DNA from: a virus
Direction: 5' to 3' (one strand)
IMG/VR virus record: IMGVR_UViG_3300032223_003493
Coordinates: 18,882-82,881 of that record
Length of the DNA stretch: 64,000 bases
The position numbers and the translations under genes are program-made. How positions within the stretch are numbered: the stretch's first letter is position 1; the number at the start of each line of letters is the position of its first letter. Below are positions 29,601-40,200 of the stretch, piece after piece. The notes beneath the pieces are model-generated. The model was not told where the DNA came from, ran no database searches, and saw nothing but the letters and a program-made list of their open reading frames with translations.

Positions 29601-31248
29601 AAATGTTAGTCAATTCACTATTAGAAAAGTAAGTGAATTGAAAAATATCGATGAAAATACAATTTTAGCTATCAATCAGATTCAAAATATAGGTCAAGAA
29701 AATATTTACAGAATAAGCCAGATAAAGAATGTTGATCTAAACACAATTCAAGCAATCAATCAAATTCGCAATGTAACTGAGCAGCAAATTAATCTTGTCA
29801 AATCTGTAAATCAAATTAGTGATATTCAAAATGTCTCAAAATTTATAAATCTTACAAATAAGAATGAGATTTCTGATATCAAGTTATCTAACATTAATCA
29901 AATTACAGAAGTTGCGCAAAAAATTTCTAAAATTGAAAATAAAGATTTACTTAATGTTGTGAATTTATCCAAAGTTGTTCAAGAAAGAAGAATCTATAAT
30001 AGGATATCTAATCTTGTTAAAAATGTTGAAGTATTGGATACCGTAAATGTCACTCAAGAAACTGCTCAAAATATTTCTAAAATTTCTAATACTAATAATA
30101 TCAATCAAATTACTAAAGATTTAAATTTGATTTCCCAGAACTATCAGGAATTCAAGACAAGCGTTCAGCAAATTAATAAGATTGCGCAAGTTAAGAATGT
30201 TGATCAAATAGTAAAGAATTTGAATTATGTAAACAATGTAATTCAAGAAAATAATATTGTAAATCGTGTCAGTAAAATTGATCAAAAAGAATTTATCACT
30301 GCCATAAATTTGAGCAAAAATTATATTCAGTCTTTCAATAGGATTGAAAGTAAGATTAGCAATATTTCTCAGAGACAAAAGATAAGAGAAACACTACAAG
30401 ATATCAACATTGTAAATAATGAGGTCAATAATTCAACTGTCCAAATTACAAACAAAACACAAAAAGTTCAATTGCAAGAATTTATTCAAAATCTCAATTT
30501 GCTTGAAACTGAAAAGAATACAACTATCTTGAATCGATATAGTTTTGAGAGTAATAAAAAGAATATTTCAAATCTATTTACTGAACTGAATCTTACGCAA
30601 CAAATAAAGCAAGAAAAACGAACAGAAAGAGAATTTGCCCGTATTTCAAAGCGTTTAGATAGGATGAATAGAGAAACTATCAAAGTCCAAGGCAATTCAT
30701 ATAAAGTTGAACAAAATTTCTTCGATATGATGAATTTTTACAATGAACAGAAAGTGACAAAAACAAGCAAAGATAGAAAGGTTAATAATTTCTTTCAATT
30801 GTTGGAAACACTTAATGTTCAAAAGACTACTAATGAAAGAAAAATCACTCAAAAAATTCAGAAGATCGAGCAAGTTCAAAACAGAATTGTAAACAATACT
30901 TCTCAAATTAAAATTGATGTTTACAGAGAGAAAAAAGATAATTATTACAAAGTAGACAATCGCCAAACTTTCACTACTAATAATTATCATCAAGAGAAAG
31001 AAGAGCAGAAAAAGACAGAAAAGATAGTTGAAAACAAAGTAGAAGAGTTGCTTGTCAAGAAAATTGAAAATGTAACAAATAATTTAGTGACAAATGTTAT
31101 CACTAAAAATGAATTTAATTCTATCAAAAAAGAAATAATCCAAGAAATCTACAACATAGAAATGAAGACAGAAGAGCGTATTAAAGAGCTACGTAAGGAA
31201 ACCCAGCAGACTGTACAAACTATGTTAGAAAGATTCTTAAGAAGTTAA
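26602..31248 (+). CDS. Asn/Ile/Gln/Lys-rich repeat protein (1548 aa); possible tape-measure-like or fibrous protein
   Basis: Low-complexity internal repeats, almost no Gly/Pro/Cys/Trp after the N-terminal region, located before the tail-tip genes. Confidence 0.5.
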   Translation: MSDIDFIEYDKISIKSDAFISSDELNCYFQYIPSTKAISYNIKKELHTAGTTEDPNDYKVPDVSQKILPRKLYRINPFHTNYSENLELNKINTDPDIIYPTKIKEHREKIIDYSAFGLNSDQIEFMMALQNLRSLKTDESIKKLDIEQFEAVDEKVMNGFFQIYPRFMEMMSTGISSGFNQFYEDTETTESIHENEALINDSLKKLGLNPSEVRVKKKFEVRSGNANKNEVNSYLQDISLSNNTSNNTRSINNNSITNVNQLNLQNNNKIELQVRSSKTVNNIRTANNTDFNFISNNNKTINQQINNVSKFSEATKIDFENLYKSFLKDLNIAPNVENQFFKIVNQYSKNLSIEFNRILNHSEKTVYETNLKNLSTSYNFYRHIENRYREFIQNLNFFNETVQQIKQTEVNLKNTYQNIHRHSVTHKNNHYKNIVNLTKNVNYEYTANDYEFQYAVLKTIKNSNQYVENKITKIKNDLNVAQQNISFVHHRMVHIQEKTSNFVAKEIKNVLNNTDYIDEYSNIIVNKISNISNNQTVRALLSLVTNEEQLNSIYTVLRQSNINTSNIKNLVDVINYSKNNNLEITKVSSATIENIKNLVNLSKNIVDFNNTENKIIHNVDKNIVNKLSSINVNEFKSFVNLSESKSFVNFAKSISSITNQDVNNLLSLSANTNNIKNLYSLSKHSAIDLNNIENLYKIINFSKNNNFDITRVSGSTIENINNLVNLTNNQLVSKVDQNIINKMSSSNFNEEFKSFVNLSESKSFTRIAQSYKNISNIFENLNTISVSPKLSTIYLDQKKVENLSVIQNLRNVQQIKELSQIVNQSSTSYILEKLSNFNTENITEKINLLKNINITQDVKKTENVVRKITRLARYNNVNQITENLDEITNIDKNISTTQFKTEIQNLKNLINITKNVDQVNVDNISKIDVSKLNNIKVSQFNLLLDNITQLSKISQVRNLTEEHLGVIKKISQIQNINQLQNVDQNTIQKINQLQNINQLQNVSQFTIRKVSELKNIDENTILAINQIQNIGQENIYRISQIKNVDLNTIQAINQIRNVTEQQINLVKSVNQISDIQNVSKFINLTNKNEISDIKLSNINQITEVAQKISKIENKDLLNVVNLSKVVQERRIYNRISNLVKNVEVLDTVNVTQETAQNISKISNTNNINQITKDLNLISQNYQEFKTSVQQINKIAQVKNVDQIVKNLNYVNNVIQENNIVNRVSKIDQKEFITAINLSKNYIQSFNRIESKISNISQRQKIRETLQDINIVNNEVNNSTVQITNKTQKVQLQEFIQNLNLLETEKNTTILNRYSFESNKKNISNLFTELNLTQQIKQEKRTEREFARISKRLDRMNRETIKVQGNSYKVEQNFFDMMNFYNEQKVTKTSKDRKVNNFFQLLETLNVQKTTNERKITQKIQKIEQVQNRIVNNTSQIKIDVYREKKDNYYKVDNRQTFTTNNYHQEKEEQKKTEKIVENKVEELLVKKIENVTNNLVTNVITKNEFNSIKKEIIQEIYNIEMKTEERIKELRKETQQTVQTMLERFLRS
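29521..29607 (+). repeat. Exact 27-nt direct repeat at 60-nt period inside the CDS
   Basis: CAAAATATAAACCAACTTCAAAATGTT at 29521 and 29581 (QNINQLQNV). Confidence 0.9.
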
Positions 31249-31249
31249 T

Positions 31250-34200
31250 ATGGCCACATATAGGTTAAATGATCCCAGAAATATATCATTTATAGGCAAA
31301 TTTAAGTTTGACTATGTAGTTCAACTCGTTAATAAGGGTCAAAAAGGATCAAAAGTTTGGGATGATGCAAATTATATCACAGGAGCTTTTGTTCAATTTC
31401 AACGAGGAGAAGAATTTAACGCTCAATGTATTATAGCAAATGTTCAACCTGACCAGCCTACTAATGCTGGGTCTTCTTTTTTTACTCATCCTTATGGAGG
31501 TAATGGAGGTTTTGGCGGAATAGTTGACCCTACCACCTTCAAAAGAGAAATAAAATTTCAATTTTTTATAAAGTCTGGACAATCAGTGCCGTTGAGAGGA
31601 TACTTTGTTTTAGAAACTCCATCTCCCCCTACTGATGCTGACTTAAGAGATATGGATGATTTTGGTATAGCAACCAAGTATGTCAGAAATGTAAGTGGCA
31701 CAGTAGAAGGATATGTTTATGAGAATTCGCCCCATAATGAATTTGTAGATATTCAAGAATATTACCCATCTGAAAACTATTTCCAAATTTCACCAGTTTG
31801 TCCAGATAATGAAAATGAATATTGGCGTGATAAACCTTTAGACGAAAAAACTGTAAGACAATTTCCAAGATACACAACATTAAATTGGTTCGAAATGCCT
31901 GATCCAACCAGAAAAGGTACTGCTGGAATTGTAATTAGGCAATCAAGTGGTAAAGGTGCATCAAATTACAGAAGAGATATTGTTACAAATTCAGCCTTAT
32001 TTACTTCATATGAATATACTAAAAAATTAAATGCTTGGTCTACAGCTGCCTCAAATTCAGGGTATATAGTAATTGCCTCAAATTTATCAGATGATTCTTA
32101 CTCTAAAAGTATCAGTATATCTTCTGCTAACTGTACTACTGATACTTTTAGTATTAGTTCAAATTCAGATTATATAAATTACAGAGAAGCTAAAATTGAT
32201 CTTAAAACTGATGCATCCAGAAAGGTAACTTTCAATTCTGAAATTTATGACTGGAAAAATAATCACTCTGATGAAATAACAGCTTATTTAGTCGGGTTTG
32301 GTAGCACAGGGTTGACAGAGATTTTCGATCAAGGTGTTGGAAAAATAATATACCCAGTACCATCATATAGTGTAGTAAAAACGAAAAGCGGCGTTATCTC
32401 AGACTCCCAGGTTTTTAGATATTTTGATGGATACATTTCTTTGATAGGACCTGGTGGAGAGAGTAATTCAGCTACGTTATTTTTTGATAATAGACAAAAA
32501 TGGCTTTTTGGTATGATCGATGCTTCATTATCCAAAGAAACGTTTGATGATTTGGAAAGTCCACCCTGCCATTTTGATTACCCAGATTACTATGTTCGAT
32601 CAGCAGTTGGATGTAGAAACTTAAATGAATATAATCAAATACTTACAATTGATGATGAAAAACTACAAGGTTTAACTGGTTCATATTCTTTGATTCCAAT
32701 TCCCATAAAGGGTTGGAAATTTAATGCAATGACTCTTAAACAAGATAAGGATTTCACTATTGAAGGTTCTGGGAATGTTAGAAATTTTACTGGGACAAAT
32801 GCAGAACCTCATTATTATGGAGATACCAATTTATCAGGCTACAGATATTTAAATATTGAATTAAGATCCAAAAATAATGATTTGCAAAATGGCAATATTA
32901 CTATTTACGAAACATCGAAAGGACCAACTACAAATCAGGATAATACTAATATAAATTTAAAATCTTGGAAAATATCTACTGACTCAAATAATTTCAAAAG
33001 TCTAAGAATAGATTTATGTAATCCAGATAACAAGATTGATTATGTTGATAATCAAGATTCTCCTTATCCAAGACTCAATGTTTACACTACATCTAAACCT
33101 CTATCAACAGCACCATTTGGTTATTTAAGTGTTGAAAACAAACCTACTGATATATTTATTGAAACAAAGCAACAATTAAATGTTTCGTCAAAATTTTGGA
33201 TTGATGACAAACTCAAATCCAAAATATCCAATTCTGGATTTGTATATATTACAGATGATAAAACCAAAAATATAGATTATTTCGAAGTTAATACTAAAGC
33301 TTTTCCTGGAGCTGGAGTAGGAACAAACTTAATTTTTGTCAAACCTAGAACATACAACGGAAAGATCAAACTGGCAAAACCTTGGAATAGCAATAATGCC
33401 ATTTTGCCTGAATATAGGAAAACTTTATTTTTATATATTGTCAAGAATGATTTGACATCCGGTAAATCTATTGATGATTTGTTAGGCAAAAATAAGCAAA
33501 ATGAATACCCTGATGAATTTGAAATTTATGATATGGATCCAGGATATCCAGATATTACTGATAAACTTTCTGTATTGACAAGTGATTTTGTCGATGGACA
33601 AACTAGAATTTTTGTCAATCCAATTCCTTTATTTGAACAACCAACTGTAATTCCTTATGATGCCATAATTTTAGAAGACTCAGTTAGTAAAAATAAAATA
33701 ACATATAAATTTGAAAATTATGAAAATAACAAAAATGATGGAATTACTTTTATAGATATAAAGCGTAATTCAAGTTTTGATAATAATGTTAAGTTTAAAT
33801 TAGGCTCAACTTCAGTGAAATTAACTTTTTTTAATGGAACTGATGATCAAAAAAGAACAGTTGTAGTAAAATTCAAGTCAGTAGAAAAACAAGGCAATCT
33901 TTATAAAGCTACTTTAGAATATGCCAAATATGATGCAAATAGTCCGCAAATCACAGATGGTATTCCACTAGAAAGCCCTGATGGTAAAAAATTATATTTT
34001 TCAGAAAATGCACCAGTCATAACAGTAAACCCCCCTAGACTTGTAGAGTTCACTTTTCCAGTAGACTCAATTTTGCAAACTAGTTTAGTTACAAATACTC
34101 CTAGTGGTCCAGAAGTAAATGCAATTGATGATTATCCAGAAGACGAAGTTTCAAATGGTCCATATTATGGTGTTTCTAGAATTACTAAAATCGAAATTGA

Positions 34201-37200
34201 TAATGATCAATTAGAACTTGGAAAAATTAATTTAACCAGAAATAATTCATTATCAAATTTTGTTATTTCTGGATTGAACAATACTTTTGAATCTCAAACT
34301 AAATTTGATGCTTCTTCTACAACTACCACAGAGTATTATACCAGAAGATTTTGGCAGCAAAACACTGATGGTAGAGATGAAGAAGAAGGAGACTTAAGCT
34401 GGCAACATACAAAATCTGAAAATGTTGATTATTGGTCAGCTTATCCAAAAACAATTTCGAGTTTATGCGATGATATAAATAAAGTCGATGAATATGTAGC
34501 TCCAAGGTGGCTCAATGTAGCAAATCCTTCATCAAGTGTTATTAGACATCCTGGATGGAAAGCAAATAAAATTACAAAAGCATTTTCAGTTGATCCAATA
34601 ACAGGAGAGAGAATTTATGGAAACAATTTAGATCCAGATTATTTGAACTCTGATACTGGATATGCAGCTTGGGTATTCGGTGGTGGAGTAATTGCAATTC
34701 CTAGCGGAAAAAATTCTGGTAGCGGAACATCGTATATAAAAGCTATAGACATAAATTTTAATGATCTAAGGACTATTTTAGCACAAACAGTTTTTCATAG
34801 AATAAATGCTGATTTTCCGCCTGGAAAAAATGATTTGTTTGGAAATACATCTATAATAAACACAGATGGTACTAAAGAAGAATCAACTCTGCATTTAAGA
34901 GGAGCATTGATAACTCGAGGACCAGGATATGGTTTGATATTACCACCACAAGTTAGTACTACTGATAACTTAAGAGAAGCTAATCTGATAGATACTACTG
35001 AGCGTAATACTAATTATGGCAAAGGTCAGTCAGATTCTAAAGGTTATTTTGAAACTGGATCTGCATATGGTAAAAATTCCCATAATAATTACATTGAATT
35101 AGAAAAATCGAAAAATTTCACAACTCCATCTGATTATAGAAGCTCTACAAGGAAAATGTCTCAAGCAAAAAGAGAAAGAGCTGCTTTCAAAGGAGGCAAA
35201 CAAAATGTTGCGACAAACCTTTCGGCTTGTGAATCTGGTTTTGAAAAATCAATTGTAATAGCATATACAGTTCCCACAACAAAAGCTGGCGATGAAAACC
35301 AAACTGCAATTATAACCACAGATTCATTTTTTACGTCGCAATATGAAAAGTATCCTGTAGGCTATAATACGATTACTGGCTCTGGAGTGACAATAAAAGG
35401 TGAATTTCCATTTGTTTTAGGTTCAGAAACTCATATAAATCATGCTTATAGAGTGAATACATTTTTACTAACAGAAAGAAATTCAAATACAAAAGCTACT
35501 AGTTCTCACAATTATGATTCTTTAATTGCTGCAAATACAGATATGAGGAATAAACTTTCTTGGTTTCCCTTTGTAGAGGGACAAGCCAAGATAGATGCTA
35601 ATTTTTCAACTCTTGCCAAAGCATTTACTAACACAAAATACAATTCATACACAGTATCTGATCAATCTCCACAATTATTTAATGTGGGTTATGCAGATCC
35701 TGGAGCAATTGTTTTTAGATCAATACCTTTAAATTTAGCCAATATAAAAGCTCCAGTTACTGATAAAACTATATTTATTGATGGCGTTGCACCAACTTAT
35801 ACTTCTGATTTTAGATTATTAGAACCAATAACTTCCTCAGGTGCAGCTTGTTCATCATTTCCAACAGTAGCTCAAATATCATCAAGAGAATATATAGTTG
35901 CTTATTCTTTAAATGCAACGCCTAGAAAAATTAATTTCAAGATAATTGCTAACTATCAAGTGCAAGATAAAAACATTTTAATTGATTTGGATGCTCTTAC
36001 TGGAAATACACTTTCAGATAAATATAACATATATGGATTGACTTCAAATTATGATGAAAACTTAGGACTTCATAGATCAATTTTTTGGTGCAATGGTGGA
36101 ATTTATTATTTTGAATATGCCTTATCATCAAGCAACATCGGAACAAAAAGAACTGATAAATTACATTTGGTTAAGGGCAAACTTGATGACGATTTAGTAA
36201 AAGAATTAAGTAATAGACAAAATATTATCACTTATTATGATTCAGCTAGTGTTTTAAATGCTGAAGTTCCAAAGCAAAAACCAGCTTTAATTACTTGCCA
36301 AAAACAAGAATATAATGGAAGTGTATTTGTTGCTTACGATACTGGAAAATGCTATATAGAAGCAGTATTATTCCATCCTTATTCACAAATTTTAGGCACG
36401 AGAAAGTTTGATATTGAGTGCGTAAATACATCTGGATCAACATCAACCACTGCATCTCCAATTGCAGACATTCAAGCTAATCCAACTAGTGGACAATCAG
36501 CATTACTGGTTAACTTCCTATCGAGTAATTCATATGATCCAGGTGGTAGCACACTAACTTATGCTTGGAACTTTGGTGATGGAACTCAATCTTCTGAAGA
36601 AAATCCAGTACATACTTTTGTCAATACTACTGCAAATCCAATAACTTTGACTGTATCTCTTGTAGTCACAAACGCTAGTGGTGTAAGTAGCGATCCAGCA
36701 ACAATAACAATAACAGTAAATCCTGCTCCAATTAATAACCTTTCGCCTCAAGCCAAATTCAATGCAACTCCAACTGCTGGCACCGTTCCATTGATCGTTA
36801 CTTTTACGGATCAATCAACACCAGCAAATGATGGTTCTGTGATACAAACATACGATTGGGATTTTGGTGATGGTAATACAGCATTAAAACTTGACAATGT
36901 ATCTTTCACTCACGAATATACGAATGCTGGGACATATGTACCTACTCTTATAATTAAAGATAATTTGGGTAGAGTATCAAGTAAGTTTTATGGCACACCA
37001 ATAAAAGTAGATGGAACAATAAACAATCCGCCATCCCCAAACTTTACCTGGGCTCAAACTTCTTACTCTCCAACTTTGAAAATTCAATTTACAGATACTT
37101 CTGTTGATGTTGAAGGTCCATTGGTTGCATGGCATTGGGATTTTGGAGATACTCAAACTGCTGATGTTCAAAACCCAGAACATATTTATGCTAATCCAGG

Positions 37201-40200
37201 TACTTACTCAGTAGTTCTTACAGTAACAGATTCTGGTGGTTTACAAGCTTCAGGAACAAAACAAGTTACAGTTTCGCCTCCTGGAAATAATCCGCCCATT
37301 GCAAACTTTAATTATTTGCAACAAAACAGGAAACTAGTAATAGATTTTGCTGACACATCCATCGATACTGACGGCACAATTGTATCTTGGAGTTGGAGTT
37401 TTGGCGATCAAACCACAAGCATAACAAAAAATCCTTCACATACATATGCCTTGGCTGGAACATATCAAGTCATATTGACAGTAACTGATAATGGTGGAAA
37501 AACTGGATCAATAACCAAAAACGTTGTTGTAAATCCATTAGTAAATCAGCCTCCTGTAATTTCCAATATTACTGGCACACAAACTAGTTTTAAACCATTA
37601 ATTGGAACATTTTCAGAAACATCTTCTGATCCTGATGGTTTTATTACTCAATGGGATTGGAATTTTGGAGATAGTCAGGTTTTTTCCACTACAAATAGTG
37701 CACTTAAGAACCCAACACACACTTATAACTTTCCAGGATCTTACACTGTTACATTGACTGTTACTGATGATGGTTTGCCCGATGGAACTAGCAAGAAAAC
37801 AGCAACATCTTCAATTCCATTCGTAGTAGCACCACCACCACCTAATATACCTCCTGTCGCACTTTTCACAGTAGACACTAATAATGCATTTGCTCCTTTA
37901 ACAGTCAACTTTACAGACAATTCTACTGACGCTGATGGGAAAATTGTAAGTTGGCTGTGGGAATTTGAAACAGGTAGTACACTATTCTTCAATGCTCAAA
38001 CTTATCAAAAAACTGTTTCGCATACATTTACAAAATCAGGAACTTATCCAGTTAAATTAACCGTAACTGATGATGGAAATCTTACAAATTTTTATATATT
38101 AAATATTGTTGTGAGAAATAATCCTCCAGTATCAATTTTATCTGCATCTCCCAATCCTGTTCTATCGTTGTTGCCAGTTAGTTTCTTTGGCAATAATTCT
38201 TATGATATTGATGGAAATATAACAAAATACTCTTGGGATTTTGGCGACGGTACAACTATACTTCAAGGTACTACTGCAGAAACACATACATATACAAAAC
38301 CTGGGACTTACAAAGCATCACTTACAGTAATTGATAACTTAGGAGATAGTTCAACTGCTAGTTTGTTTATAAATGTGTCAAACAGAAACCCAGTTGCAAA
38401 AATAACTTACACTACTCTAACAGTTAAAGCACCTGGAAGTTTAACATTCAATGGGGATACATCTACTGATTTAGACGGAACAATTGTTTCTTACAATTGG
38501 ACAGTTTCAAATGGATTAACTGCTTCAACACCTAATGCTACTTTCAATTTCTCAACGCAAGGTACATTTGCAGTATCTTTAACTGTTACAGATGATTCTG
38601 GTGGCACAAATTCAACTAGTGTCATAGTAACGGTAACACCACCTGACAATATTTTACCTGTAGCTATATTGAACGTAAATAAAAATTCTGGAGTTATCAA
38701 TGACTCATTCATTTTCAATGTGTCAAATTCAAATGATCCTGATGGCTCTATAATTTTATATCAATTAGATTTTGGAGATGGAACTTCAACTCAATTTGTG
38801 AATCCTGCACCTATATCTCATATATATAAAACAGTTGGTTCATTTACAGCAAAATTAACTGTTACTGATAATAGAAATGGCGTTAGTTTAGAAACAACAA
38901 ATTCAGTACAAAATATCACTATAAATAACCAGCCTCCAATAGCTAATTTCTCATTTAGTCCAATTGGTGCATTTACGTTTGATCTTATTACATTTACAGA
39001 TAATTCGAGTGATCCTGAAAATGCATTATCTAAATGGGTCTGGGATTATGGTGATGGAACTAATTTTACAACAAATGATCCTTTGCAAAAAAGTCCAATT
39101 AAATCTTACAACAAAGGAAATAAAGACTATACTGTATCATTGACAGTTTATGATAATTTTAATTTATCAAGCACAACTTCACAACTAGTGCATATCAATA
39201 ATAGAAAACCATTTGCTGTAATTTCAACAAGCAGTACTCCAATAAATAATGTAATTACCGGAATAGCTCCATTTACTGTAATTTTTGATTCTAATTCGTA
39301 TGATTTAGATGGTACAGTGACAAATTATGAATGGTACTTAAATGGACTTGTAGGAACTCCATTTACTACAAAATCATTCACATATACTTTCAACACAGCT
39401 TCTTTCACTCCTTATGTAGTCACTTTAAGAGTGCAAGACGATGATGGTGTTTGGAGTGATTTAGCAAATATAGGAGTCCAAGTTAACGCTCCAAATACTC
39501 CTCCAATTGCTGTTATTAAAGCTAATCCATTGTCAAATACAAGTCAAGCTCCAATTACAGTTAATTTCTCTGGTGCTGGAAGTTATGATCCAGATAACAT
39601 TAATGGCACTTTGATTTACGCATGGGATTTTGGCAATGGTAGTATTTCAAATCAAGTTAACGCAAGCACCACTTATAATAACCCTGGAACATATAAAGTT
39701 TCTCTTACCGTTACAGATAATTTAGGAGCAACAAATACTGCTACATTAGATTATATTGTTTTGAATAGTAAACCAATAGCAATATTAGATACTGTTCCAT
39801 CAGGTATAACTCAAGCTCAAATTAATACGGCAGTTTTATTTACATCTGCTGGAAGTAATGATCCTGATTCTGGTCAATTTATTAATGGGTATAAATGGTT
39901 AGTTGATGGAGTGAATCAAAATTCTAACACTTCAACATTATCCACCTCATTCAGCACTATTGGAAATCATATTGTAACTCTTTCTGTTTTTGATAACTTG
40001 GGACTTGAATCTAATCCAGTTTCAAAGACTATATTTGTTATATCTGCTCCACCTCCACCACCAGTAAACCAAAATCCAATAGCAATACTTGGCAATGAGC
40101 CAAGTATTACTGGATATATAGAACTTAAAGTTGGAGACACTTTTACATTTGACGGCACTACTTCTTATGACCCTGAAGATGGATCAAATATAACTTTTGA

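Noticed and set aside
29521-29607. 27-nt repeat with a 33-nt spacer resembling a mini CRISPR array
   Set aside because: Only two copies, in frame within a protein repeat, non-palindromic, and no cas genes.
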